Positions 1 through 11,660 of a stretch of DNA of 64,000 nt are shown in pieces (position 1 is the first letter of the stretch; each line of letters begins with the position of its first letter). Under the pieces are notes generated by a model. It searched no databases. It had not been told where the DNA came from and saw only the letters and a list, made by a program, of their open reading frames with translations. Origin of the DNA: Carcharhinus longimanus (taxonomy: Eukaryota); assembly GCA_030264375.1 (NCBI GenBank), contig JASCQW010000133.1, positions 31,923,290 through 31,987,289 on the forward strand, in the 5' to 3' direction. Position numbers and translations under genes: made by a program.

Positions 1-82
1 CCTCGAAAGCTTGTGAGTCTATTATCAAATAAATCGGTTGGACTAAAACCTGGTGTTGTCAGACTTTTTACTGTGTTCACCT
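1..82 (+). mobile_element. Penelope-like element terminal fragment (cut by window edge)
   Basis: CGAAAGCTTGTGA...AAATAAATCGGTTGGACTAAAACCTGGTGTTGTCAGACTTTTTACTGTG; near-identical to the copy at 17267-17514. Confidence 0.6.
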
Positions 83-425
83 TTTTGTCCATGTTTGAAC
101 CAAGGTTCTAATGAAGTAGCCTTGCTGAAATTCAGTGAGCAGGTTATTGCTCTGTAAGTGTCATTTGATAACACCATCACCAACACCTTCCTTCACTTTG
201 CCAATGATAAAGAGTAGACTGATGCGGCAGTGAATGGCTGGAACAGATTAGACCTGTTTGTTGTAAACAGGACATATCTGGGCAATCTACCACAATGTCA
301 GGTAGATGGCCAACACTGCAACTGTACTTAAACAGCTTGGTTAGGGACATGGCTAGTTTTGGAGGACAAGTCTTCAGTACTATTGCCAGGATATTGTCAG
401 GACCTCATAGCCTTTGCAGTACCAA
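83..425 (-). mobile_element. CR1/L2-group LINE reverse-transcriptase remnant
   Basis: Minus strand reads roughly ISLLFIIGKVKEGV...HLQSNNLLTE, a decayed YRPISLL...NNLL RT motif. Confidence 0.55.
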
Positions 426-860
426 GACCTGGACGTAAGTATACAGGCCAAAATTTTTAACATTGCAAGTGACATGAAGCTCAGAACTGTAGTAAAAATG
501 AGGAAGATATTAACATATTTCAGGTGAAATAGGCGCATGGCAGATGAAATTTCATTCAGAGGAGTACAGAAAGGTGCATTTTTCTTTTAGGAAGAATGAG
601 GTGTAATATAAATTAGCTGATACAATAATTTCAAAGTTGGCGCAAGAGCAGAGAGACCTGGGCGTTTATATACACAAACATAAAGCTGGAAGGACAAGTT
701 GAGAAGGCTGATAAAAAAGAGCGTGTAGGTTGTTCGTCTTTAACAACGAAAGCATAGAGTATTAAAACTTGTGCTCAATCGCTATAAAACAGTGATTAGG
801 CCTCAGCTGGAATAGTTGTTCAATTCTGGACACCACACTTTGGGAAAGCTATAACGTTTA
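426..860 (+). mobile_element. CR1 LINE ORF2 remnant
   Basis: Decayed KFADD / WQMKF / RPQLE..VQFW motifs. Confidence 0.6.
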
Positions 861-1249
861 ATTCAGAACAGAGCACAATGCTCCATCGTGGAAAACTGGC
901 ATTGTAAAGTTCCCTTCACTTTAAACGGAGTCCCAAAGCCAAATATGAGTCCTGATCAGACAATGGCCACGTGAATCCCAAGCCCAAATTCCAGACACCT
1001 CAAAATTAAAAACAACCACCTTCCTCCATTTCTGAAGTTCCAGAAGTTGTTCAGCTGCTCCCATCCTGCACAAGGGGGAACGGGAAGAAACTGCACAAAT
1101 AGAAGCATTTTCCACCGAAAGTAATCAATTATCCCCAAGCGTACCATGCAAAATAAGGAAGAAGAATCTGGTGATCCAATGGATCACGTGGTACCAACTC
1201 AATGCGGGTTCCTGCTATTTGTGCATTTTGGACCTTTTATGTTGAGCAA

Positions 1250-1705
1250 CCCCGCGCACCCACGGAGGGATCAAAGTACAGTCGGTGCAAGCTGGCAGTG
1301 AGGTCGAGGTAGATACCGACCTGAATGAGCAGAGCCCGGCCGCAGTAACTCAGGAAGCTGGATCCGGGGCGGCTGCCGAGCAGCAGGCAGCCCAGCAAGA
1401 GAAGGACGACGGCGGCGAAGGCGATCCTTGTGCCGCGGCCGCCGCCGCCATCAGCAGCCTGGGTGCGGGACGCAGGGGGACCGCAGCGGAGCAGGGCTTC
1501 CAGCACCCGGCTGCGCTCCGAGGCGGAGGCAGGCAGCAGCCGGCTCCGGTACAGCTTCTCGAACTCGCCGTCAAAATAGGAGAGCTTCCTGGACAAGGGC
1601 AGCGAGCGCAGCCCCGAGCAGCTCCTGCCTCGGCGAACCACCATCTCTGCCTCTCTCCCTCTGCCAAAATCACAGGCATCGCCTTAAAGTGGGGGCGGGG
1701 TGGGA
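1250..1705. promoter_or_regulatory. CpG island / promoter of the left-edge gene, with GC box (1691-1700) and TTTAAG element (minus, 1683-1688)
   Basis: Only extended CpG-dense stretch in the window; GGGGCGGGG about 50 nt upstream of the ATG. Confidence 0.6.
1321..1644 (-). CDS. First coding exon (108 aa) of an unidentified predicted single-pass membrane protein; rest of gene probably left of the window
   Basis: ATG in good Kozak context (gagATGG), GC/CpG-rich open frame, hydrophobic segment IAFAAVVLLLLGCLLLG preceded by Arg residues, phase-0 donor CAG|gtcggt after RALLIQ. Confidence 0.7.
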
Positions 1706-1989
1706 NNNNNNNNNNGAACATCTCACACACAGCCCAACAAAATATACAGCACGCAAATGGAAATATATCTGCATCACTGACAGAATACATCTTTCCCGCT
1801 GTTATAATGGCTATAATAACTTGCATTTATATAGCGCCTTTTTAGATATTGAAATTTTCCAAGGCGCTTCCGGGGAGCTGCACTCAAGCAAACTTTGCCA
1901 CAGAGTTAATTTTTTCTAATCCAATTCAATCAAATGAGTCTCAACAAGTTGAGATATTCCCGATCCAAGCTGACAACACAGGGCTTGAT

Positions 1990-2095
1990 CATAGTAAGAA
2001 GTCTCACAACACCAGGTTAAAGTCCAACACGTTTATTTGGTAGCAAAAGCTACTAGCTTTCTGAGCACTGCCCCTTTGTCAGGTGAGTGGGAATT
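1990..2095 (-). mobile_element. Penelope-like fragment with degenerate hammerhead core
   Basis: Minus: TCACCTGACAAAGGGGCAGTGCTCAGAAAGCTAG...AAATAAACGTGTTGGACTTTAACCTGGTGTTGTGAG. Confidence 0.6.
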
Positions 2096-2254
2096 TCATT
2101 CATTTGGGCTTGGTCTACATGATCCATGATTGGAGTAGGCATTTACCTCCTCCAAGGTTTGATCTCATTTGCATCTTAGCCAAAAGGCCAAGATGCCGCT
2201 TTTAAAAATCGCTTCAAATGAAGCTAAAATGCAACCTAATGACTTCAACCAAGT

Positions 2255-2440
2255 ACAATTAAACCAATTTAGCATGGCCAATCCATGGACTGGGAGGAAA
2301 CCAGAGCACCCGGAGGAAACCCTTGCAGACACAGGGAGAACACACAAACTTCACACAGACAGGGACCCAAGCTGGGAGTTGAACCCAGGTCCCTGATGCT
2401 GTGAGGCAACAGTGCTAACCATTGTGCCATCATGTCAGCC
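2255..2440 (-). mobile_element. tRNA-derived SINE (shark HE1/V-SINE-like)
   Basis: Reverse complement of the GGTTAGCACTGCTGCCTCAC...GGGTTTCCTCCGGGTGCTCTGGTTTCCTCCC SINE body. Confidence 0.75.
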
Positions 2441-3305
2441 CACAAGAGATCTTGAAGGTTGTTAGATTGGAGAAAATATAGAGCTTTGGAGTTCTTAGGT
2501 CATTGCGGGATTGAAAACAAGAATGAGAATTTTAATATCAAATGATAACCAGCTCTCCACCAAAATTGATTTCATACATGCTCAGTGTCAGAGTGAAAGG
2601 AGACGACAGGCTGACAGTGTGTGTTGTGTTAGCTTGTTTTAGCTGCAGAGGAGATTATTTGAACAGTTAGTATTGGTCTCAATGGTTCTACATTTGAAAG
2701 GTGGGAGTTGGAGGAGATGCTGTCCAGGAGAGGATGAGAAATCAACCAGTATCCTAGATCCTATCCAGATATTCCTTTTGGAAAGTGAATTGATTATGGA
2801 TGTCAGGGAGGCCTATCAGTTTGATTCTTTGTCAAACGCAAATATATGCTCAGATATATCCCAAAAAGAAACTCAACAAACGATTATAGGATGGCACAGC
2901 ACAGGAGGAGGCATTTGGACCCATTGAGTCTGCACCAGCACTTTCAAGGAGAAATCTAGTTGGTTTCACTTTCCTGTTCTTTCCCCAAATCCCTGCCGTT
3001 TTAAATACTTTGAATATTTATTCAATATCCTATTAAAGACAATTGTTGAATTTAGATCCACTCTTGTCTAAGCCAGTGCATTCCAAATCCTCACCACGTT
3101 ACACAGAAAAACTTTTCTTTATATTGCCTTTGGTTCTTTTGCCGACCACTTTAAACTTATATTTTCCCATTCTTGACTCTTCAGCTATTCAGGCACTGAA
3201 AATTACAGGCAACAAGGGAGAACTACTAGAAAAAGGACATAAGTCAGACACAGCCATCTGTCTTATTTCTATTCTTGTGAAATAATGAAACTGAGTATAA
3301 AATAC

Positions 3306-4057
3306 TGTGATGATACTATGCCTTTAAGAAATGTATCCAAATCCTACTTCTTGTGAAGAATATATTTAGAACTCAGCTCTGTTAATGGTACCGATTTGTC
3401 TGCACCAGGCATCCCAGATGCTGAGAATGCAGGAGACTAATTCATTTTGGATAATGGGATATTTGTTTTAATCTGAGCTAATGCATTTGTGTGTATTTTA
3501 GAGTTTACCTCTGGGGTTTCAGAGTAGGGTTTAATTAGGTTGATTGACAAGAGGCAGTCATGGGACTGGTTGGAGCTAACTTACAGAGAAAAGCTGACAG
3601 TTTCTGCTTGGGTCTGCGAGGAACAAGATGTCTTTATCTCTCTCTCTGGAGTCTACTATTTGGGACTTGCTAGAAAAAGTCTCTCTCTCTCCAGAGGTGT
3701 TCTGGAGGCCTGAAAATTCGCAGTCCACCTACCAGCATGCAAGCCAGTGTTGCTTACCAACTGATTTTGAAGGAGAGCTTAAGTCTATGAGGAATATTGC
3801 TTAAATTGGAACTAATAATATAGGTTAGCTGTTAATTGCATTGTCATGTTCAAATATTTCACTTGGTTATAGTTAATTTATTTGTTATATTTATATTGTT
3901 AAAATAAATTTTGTTTTTATAAAAGTTTCCTAGTGTGTCAATCGAATCACACCTGGAGTGAAACACCTTATCCTCACACTACTATCAAAATAAGAAATAG
4001 TTGGGGTCTAATCTAACTTCACAATATGTCCTGGGGTTTCCGTTCTGATCCTGAATA
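3306..4057 (+). mobile_element. Solo LTR-like element
   Basis: Starts TGTGATG; both ends match the inverted copy at 6330-7057; internal AATAAA. Confidence 0.55.
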
Positions 4058-6329
4058 TCTTGCAAGACAAAAACACTTGTGCATGCACATGGAGTTCTAA
4101 CACCCAACTGTACTGGTTTATTCTGGTTTTTTGGAACAAACGTATACACATGGCCTCAAAAGGCTGATATTACACTCCTCCCCCTAATGAAAAAGTTACA
4201 CAATGTTCAAAATCTGTACAACATTTCTTATTTTTCAATTATTTACAAATCAAACTTAAACATGCATTTCTTGATAACTCCTTTCTTCACCAAAAGTTTC
4301 AGAACTTTGGGAAGGACCTTAACACATTTGGACCCGAGTCTGAGGTGAAGGTTTCTCCAACAAGGACTAATTCTGCCCTTGACCTTCAATTGAAATTTCC
4401 ACTTCATCAGACATGTCTCTCTGACTCAGCTCAAGGGATGGATTTACAACGAAACACTGTGCCTAGGAACAGGGCTTTGATAAACTGGGGGAAAAGGAGG
4501 GTGGGGGTGAGGTATGCCAGATGGTGGCTTTGGGACATCAATCAGAGCCTGAGAGCTCTGAATTTGTTGCTATGCTCAATTGGGCATGGATTGGTGGAAA
4601 CCTGAGAGTGGGAAAACACTGTGCAAGATCATTGAGAGTTGGTGACTTTGGAGGAAAAAGCATCAGTAATGATAATCTCTAGCAGGCAAGTTTTTAACCA
4701 GTGTTGAGGAGGCCAGACAGCCTGAGCCAACAGCAAGATTGTGAGCTTACCTTGGGAGGTGTGAGCTGGCAAGGGCCAAGCGAGGAGGGCAGGCACTAGC
4801 CGGCGGTCATCGAGGGAGTGGGGGAGGGAGGGGGTGACTCTCAACCCCCCACACCAGGGCTGAGGAACACTGGATAATAAGGGCAAGTCAAGGCATACCA
4901 TAGTGAGGAGCCAGTAAGCCAGCAAAGCAGAAAGGTCATCAAATGAGAAGGAGCAATTTGAACCCCAGGATTGAGAAGGGCAAAGAAAAGAGTCTTTCAG
5001 AAAATACATTCGTTTAAATCAAGAAAGATCATTCAATAAGAAGTGAAACTATCAATCTGGCAGTCAAAAACACAGAAAACTGAATGTGAGGCAAGAAGAT
5101 GAAGCTAAGCAAAAAAGATAGCTTGTCATTTTACTTTGGAAAGTTTGAACTGAGCAGTGTCTAAACTGCACACTCATCTTCATCCACCAAAAATATAGGT
5201 GAATTAACTGGTGACATCAATCTGCCAATTTTCAGAGATACCATATCATCAGAGAAAGTTGAAGAAGAAGAAACAGACTCTGAAATAAAAATAGAACTAC
5301 GAGATACTGCTCAAACATCTGCAGCTGAACTAAGGGAAGAAACTTACCCCGAAGACATTACCTGATAGCCAAAAACTGTTCCACTGAGTATGACTGAATA
5401 TTCCATAACAAATAGACCGGAGAACATAAGGAATATGGAAAAATCGAAAAAAAGAGTTTGATGTTAGAGGCTGAAAGCAGTTTAGAAGTCTTCACGACTC
5501 CCATTTTGTGAGGGTGAAGAGAAATGGCATGACAGAAACGAGAAATTGGTCAATTTTATTTTTCAAAAATCTCTAAAGCAATCTACTATTATATTTGCAA
5601 ATTATTGCTCGACTGGAGTAAAGTGAAACAATCATTTGCCGACGGGTCCTCTAACTGAAGAGACGTTGGAAGAAATCTTGCTGACGATGAAACTTTCAAA
5701 AGTCATATTAAGCCTATTTGTGTTTTTGTTTAAAGATGTACATCATCTGGAAGAATTGATTCTGAGTTATCAGCTCAGTTTGGAAGGAATGTTCTTACTG
5801 GAGGAAAGTGTTGATAAGTGTTGTTGCCACAGTCAAACTGATGTATTTGTTGGGACTTCCTTTAAGAGGACATGATGGGTCATCAGTTTCAAGTTGAAGA
5901 GGTAATTTTTTAGTCTGCCTTGAATATTTCAGTGAATTTGATGAGCTTCTCAAAGAGCATTTGAAAAGCTATCAATATTGTAGCTTAGGGAAGACTGACT
6001 TTTTAAACACACAGAGCCTATGATAACTTCATCAATGTAATGACAGAGCAGCTCAGAAACCAATTCACTAATGAAGTAAAAGACACCAAATATTATTTCA
6101 TACTTGTTGATTCAACATCAGATGTGAGTCATGTGGACCAATTAACATTCATTTTAAGATGTATGACAGCAATGGGGAAATTTCTCAGTTTCATCTAACA
6201 CTTCTGAGTGACTGGAGACAACCATTTTGAAAATCATTGCAAATTTAGATTTGGCATCAAAATGTATCATGGACAGAGCTTCAATAATGCCACAAATACG
6301 GCAGGAAATTATTCAGGTGTACAAACAAA

Positions 6330-7057
6330 TATTAGGGTACAAGATCAAAAACCCCAAGGTATATTATGAAGTTAGACATTAATTCAATTAATGTGAGGGT
6401 AGGATGTTTCACTCCAGGTGTGATTCCACTGACAAACCAGGAAGCTTTTATCAAAACAAACTTTATTTATCACCACTGTTTAACTGTAACAAATGAATTA
6501 GCTTAACATTTACCAATTGACCTTTAGTTAAACCTGACAAATACAGTTCTTGACTGCTAGCCTATATCTATTAGTTCTAATTCAAGCAATATTCCTCTTA
6601 CAGCCTTAAACTCCTCTTCAAAAGCACTTAGCAAAAACCCAGGCTTACATACTTGTATAGTCCTAGAGCTATCTGAGCACCTCTCTGGGGGGTGGGGGGG
6701 GGGGGGGGGGGGAGGCGCCCCCCCCCGCGGCCAGCGTTTTTGAAACAGCTTCAGTCAGCAACTGCTCTTGATTTTAAAAGTGAAACTAAAACACTGCTTT
6801 TCCTGCAAGTTTAGCTTCTCCCATTAATTACATGACTGCCAATCAACCTAATCAAAACCCTACTCCAAAACCCCAAGGGGAGCCAAGGTAAACAAAAATG
6901 CATTATCCATTTAGACAAACATATCGCTAGCTAAAATCAGTCATTATCCTGCATTATCAACATTTGAGCTGTCTTCTCGCAGACAAATGGCTGACTTTCA
7001 AACATACCCCTTACAAGAAACATGAAATACATTTCTTAGAGACACAGTAGCATCACA
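6330..7057 (-). mobile_element. Solo LTR-like element inserted in the hAT transposase
   Basis: Inverted homologue of 3306-4057; splits the transposase between SGVQT and ALFIP..SHSLN. Confidence 0.6.
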
Positions 7058-7639
7058 TAAGACTGAACAAAGCAAGCCCCTGTGCATTATTCATCCCTAG
7101 TTCCAGTCACTCCTTGAATTGAATATGCCACGCAGCAGCTGAACTGTATGAGGCAGCTCTAGATTATTTTATTTTGTTCAAAACTTGTACGCTTTTTTTT
7201 AGTTTCCATGCATCGATGGAACATACTGCAATCATGCTTACAGAAGGCGCATCAAAAACATTTGATGGTCAAAAGAATTTGTGACACTGCTCATGTCGCT
7301 GCTGCTTTGGCTTTGAAACTGAACTTTGTCAATATAAGGGAATACTTATCAGACATAGCCATGTTAAATTCAGAGTATGTACATATGAAAGCTGAAGTAA
7401 AACTCTTAGCAGAGAAGTTTGAAAGGTACAATATTGCAGTTTTTACTGTTTTGTAGAACCATTTACTTCAAAGAATCAATGCCGTCAGCAAATTGCTGCA
7501 AAATGTTGATACATCTTTATTTAAATCTTCACAATTATTAGCCTGAGTTAAAAGTTTTGTAATGGAAGTTCAAAATGATTGTATCTCAGTAGAAGCAGAG
7601 GCAGGAACAAAGAATACAGGTGCCCTGATGACGTGAATG

Positions 7640-8088
7640 TTTAGTGTGGCACAGTGGTTAGCACTGCTGTTTCAGTGCCAGGGACCCAAGTTCAATTCCG
7701 GCCTTGGGTCACTGNNNNNNNNNNNNNNNNNNNNNNNNNNNNNNNNNNNNNNNNNNNNNNNNNNNNNNNNNNNNNNNNNNNNNNNNNNNNNNNNNNNNNN
7801 NNNNNNNNNNNNNNCCAGGGACCCAAGTTCAATTCCGGCCTTGGGTCACTGTCTGTGTGGAGTTTGCACTTTCTCCCCACGTCTGCATGGGTTTCCTCTT
7901 GTTGCTCTGGTTTCCTCCCATAGTTCAAAAATGTGCAGGTTAGGCTGATTAGCTATGCTAAACTGACCCTAGTGTCAGGGGCATAAGCAGGGTAAATGCA
8001 CGGGATTACGGGAATAGGGCCTAGGCAGGATTGTGGTCGGTACAGACTCGATGAGCTGAATGGCCTTCTGTATTGTAGGGATTCTATG
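7640..8088 (+). mobile_element. HE1/V-SINE-like SINE (spans N gap) inside hAT
   Basis: GTGGCACAGTGGTTAGCACTGCTG head, SINE body, GGGATTCTATG tail. Confidence 0.8.
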
Positions 8089-8499
8089 AAAATAAGCAGC
8101 TGGAAGTTATTTTTTGAAGGAACTAGAGGCAATAAAATCACTTTAAAAAGGAAAGAGAAAATTACCAAGTCTGTCAATGTTATTTGTGACACAATAATGA
8201 TGCAGAATAGAAGTGAATCTCTGAAGAAAACTGTTGAATTATTTTCCATGCTTTTCAACAGAGGTTTGGACAAAAATGCTAAGAGCCACTGCAGTAACAA
8301 ATTAACCGAATTCTAGCAGGAGGACATAGGCACAAATCCTTTTGAAGTTCCACTGAAACAATGAATTCATTTCATCGATAATTTGAGATCACCAGCTAAT
8401 TTGTACAGACACGTATATGATGGTTTGCAGGCAGCCTTTCCAAATATGGAAACCATTCTAAAAATATTTTTATCAATACCTGTCTGTGGAATATTCTCT

Positions 8500-8815
8500 G
8501 TATTTTGACTTGATTTATTGTCATGTGTTGGTATACAGTGAAAAGTATTGTTACTTGCATGCTATATAGATAAAGTGTACCATTCATAGAGTACATAGGG
8601 GAGGAGGAAAGAAGAGGGTGCAGAATATTGTGTTACAGTTATAGCTAGGGTGTAGAGAAAGATCAACTTAATATAAGGTAGATCCATTCAAAAGTCTGAC
8701 GGCAGCAAGGAAGAAGCTGCTTTTAGGTCAATCGGTACATGATCTGAGACTTTTATCCTTTTCCCGGTGGAAGAAGGTGGAAGAGCGTATGTCTAGGGTG
8801 TGTGAGGTCCTTGAT
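8500..8815 (-). mobile_element. Rex1/Babar-type LINE 3' fragment inside hAT
   Basis: Reverse complement of the 14990-15590 copy. Confidence 0.6.
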
Positions 8816-9419
8816 TAGAGGATGGAAAAGAGTTTAAAATTATCTGTGATGTACGATGAGTCAGGAATCTTTGACAAGTTCAGCAATACTAATGATTGAA
8901 AATGCATCCTTATAAGATTTTATCTATGAAGATGCAATTGGTGATTTTGCGAAGAAAAAGTGCAGAAGAAAATCTATCTAAATTGCCATGGATTGCACAC
9001 AACTGATGAAGCAAGAAAATCTTAAAAATATGTCCTTTCTCTATACTCCCTTGTTTAAATTCTGTTTTTCAAATGGGACCACCATTTGTTGGTCTGATAT
9101 CATGGCTGCCACATGCAGACAGTTATAACCGGCGAGTAACTGCCATCCCCCTTCGCTGTCAATACTGGCCTTCAGAAAGTCTGTTCTGGACGAAGAGTGG
9201 AATCCTGCCAATAGTTGCCAGCAAAGCAACTTGGACTTGAACTCACTGGACTCTATTTGATTGGAGTATTTGCTCCTGCACTGGACATTTCCTGATTCAT
9301 TCTGTCCTGCACTGGCCTGTACTGTGCTGGAGTTATTGGCTGTTTTCTCCAACTCATTGCTTATCAACCAGTTTCATGTTTTCTCGCCTTAAGACATATA
9401 GATTGCAATATTGACTGTA

Positions 9420-11660
9420 GTCATACAGCATAGAAACCGGCCCTTCAGCTCACTATGTCTATATCGACTATCAAATACCAATCTACACTAATGCCACTGA
9501 CCAGCACTTGGTCCAAAGCCTTCTATACCTTGGCGATTTAAGTGCTCGTCTAGATGCTTCTTAAATATTGCAAATGTACCTGCCTCCATCACCCTCTCAG
9601 GCAGTGTATTCCATATTTCCACTATTCTCTGGGTGAAAAAAAATGTTCCTCAAATCTCCTCTAAACCACTTTCTCCTCACCGTAAACCTCTGGTCTTAAA
9701 CAGTTCTGCCATGGGGAAAAGATTCTTACAATCTACCCTATCTATGCTTTTCAATTTTGTATACGTCTATCAGATCCCCCACTCAGCCTCCTCCAGGGAA
9801 AAGAGATCCAGTCTATGCAGTCTCATAGCTGAAACTTTCCATCCCAGGCAAGATCCTGGTGAATCTCTCCTGCACTCTCGCCAGTGCAATTACGTCCTTC
9901 CAATAGTGAGGTGACCAGAACTACTCACAATATTCCATCTGTGGCCTAACCAATGTTTTATAAAGACCTCCCTGCTCTTATATTCTATGCCCCAGCTAAT
10001 GATGACAAGTATTCTCTATGCCTTCTTCACCACCCTATCTACTTGAGCTGCCACTATCAATGATCTACGGACTTGTAAACCGAGGTCCCTTTGTTCCTCA
10101 ATAGTCCTGAGGGACCTATCATCCATTGTGTATATCCTACTCTTATTAAAGCTTCCAAATGCATCACCATACTTTTATCAGGATTAAATTTCATCTGTCA
10201 CTGCTTGCCTAACTTACCAGCTGATAGTGAAGGGAATATTTAGGCTACAGACTGGTACTATCAACAATACCACCAATTTTCATGTCATCTACAAATTAAT
10301 TATGCCTTCTACATCCACATTCAAGTCATTAATGTATGTAACAAACAACAAAGGTTCCACCACCAATCCATGTGTACACTGCTGGTCACAGACTTCCAAT
10401 AAGATAAGCAACTCACTGCCATCACGGTTTGCCTCTTATTAACAAGCCAATTTTGGATCCAATTTTCTAACTTGCCTTGGATTCCATGAGCTCTAACTTT
10501 TGGACCATCCTTCCTTGTGGGACCTGGTCAAAAGCTTTACTGGATTTCATGTAAATCTCATCAATTACACCAGTTCATCAATATATTTAGTTACCTCTTC
10601 AACAAATCAATTAAATTAGTCAGATAGGATCTCCCACTAACAAATCCATGCTATCCCTGATCATACCCTACCTTTCCAAGTGTTGATTAATCCTGTCCCT
10701 CATAATTTTAATCCAATAATTTCCCTACCACTAGCATGGCATGATGGCACAAGGGTTAGCACTGCTGCCTCATTGCAACTATCAAATACCAATCTATACT
10801 AATGCCATTTACCAGCACTTGGTCCAAAGCGAGTGTACCTGCCCTCCATCACCCTCTCAGGCAGCGTATTCCGTATTTCTACCATTCTCTGGGTGAAAAA
10901 AACCTCTGATCTTAATATTGCAATCTATATGTCTTAAGGCGAGAAAACATGAAACTGGTCGATAAGCAATGAGATGGAGAAACCATTGGGTTTAATTGGG
11001 TTGGGTCACTGTCTATGTGAAGTTTGCATGTGCTCCCCGTGTCTGCGTGGGTTTCCTCTGGGTGCTCTAGTTTCCTCCCACAGTCCAAAGATGTGCAGGT
11101 TAGGTTGACTGGCCATGCTAAATTGCCCCTAGTTTCAGGGAGATTAGCAGGTTATGGGGATAGAGTGGGTTATGGGGATAGGGTGAGATTGTTGTCAGTG
11201 CGGGTTCAATGGGTTGAATGGCATCCTTTTGAACTATAGGGATTCTATGATTCTAAGTGAGCCGGACTAACTGGGCTGTAATAACTTGGCTTATACCTAC
11301 TGCCCTTCTTGAATAAAGGCAGCGCATTAGCTATCCTCCCGTCAGTTAGCATGTCACCTGTAGCCAGCAAAGATTTAGAGATCTCCATTAGGGCTCCTGC
11401 AATCTCTTCCCTTGCCTCCATACATCTCATCAGGCCCTGGGGATTTGTCCACCTTTATGCCTGCTAAAACATCTAATACCTCTTCCTTATTAGTCTTAAT
11501 ATGCTCTACTACTTCACTGTCCCAATGAAATCTCCAGCTACAATGTGATTTTCCTCAGTGAATACAGATGAAAAATATTCATTTCAGTCCTTGTCCTCTG
11601 GCCCTATGCACAGATTGCCCTTTTGATCTTTAATGGGCCCCCACTCTTTCCTTGATTACC
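9420..11660 (-). mobile_element. CR1 LINE ORF2 remnant
   Basis: ORF 11245..11430 IANALPLFKKGSRYKPSYYSPVS (ANVTPIFKKG...NYRPVSL motif); CR1 3' tail at 9420-9460. Confidence 0.8.
10734..11254 (+). mobile_element. HE1/V-SINE-like SINE inside CR1, split by a templated insertion (10778-10983)
   Basis: SINE head 10734-10777 resumes at about 10987. Confidence 0.75.

Noticed and set aside
921-1147. Short minus-strand ORFs as possible exon 2 of the left-edge gene
   Set aside because: Possible acceptors exist, but there is no convincing donor or recognisable peptide; cannot be supported from sequence alone.
1285-1919. Overlapping ORFs 1285..1845(+), 1350..1826(-), 1428..1919(+)
   Set aside because: Shadow frames of a GC-rich exon that run through an N gap; only the 1644 frame has a Kozak ATG, a TM segment and a matching donor.
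4100-4300. Apparent mRNA 3' end (minus-strand AATAAA with U-rich context)
   Set aside because: Explained as the Gypsy 3' LTR and polypurine-tract region.
7678-7851. 37-bp direct repeat around an N gap
   Set aside because: Identical contig-end overlap at a 100-N gap; assembly artefact.
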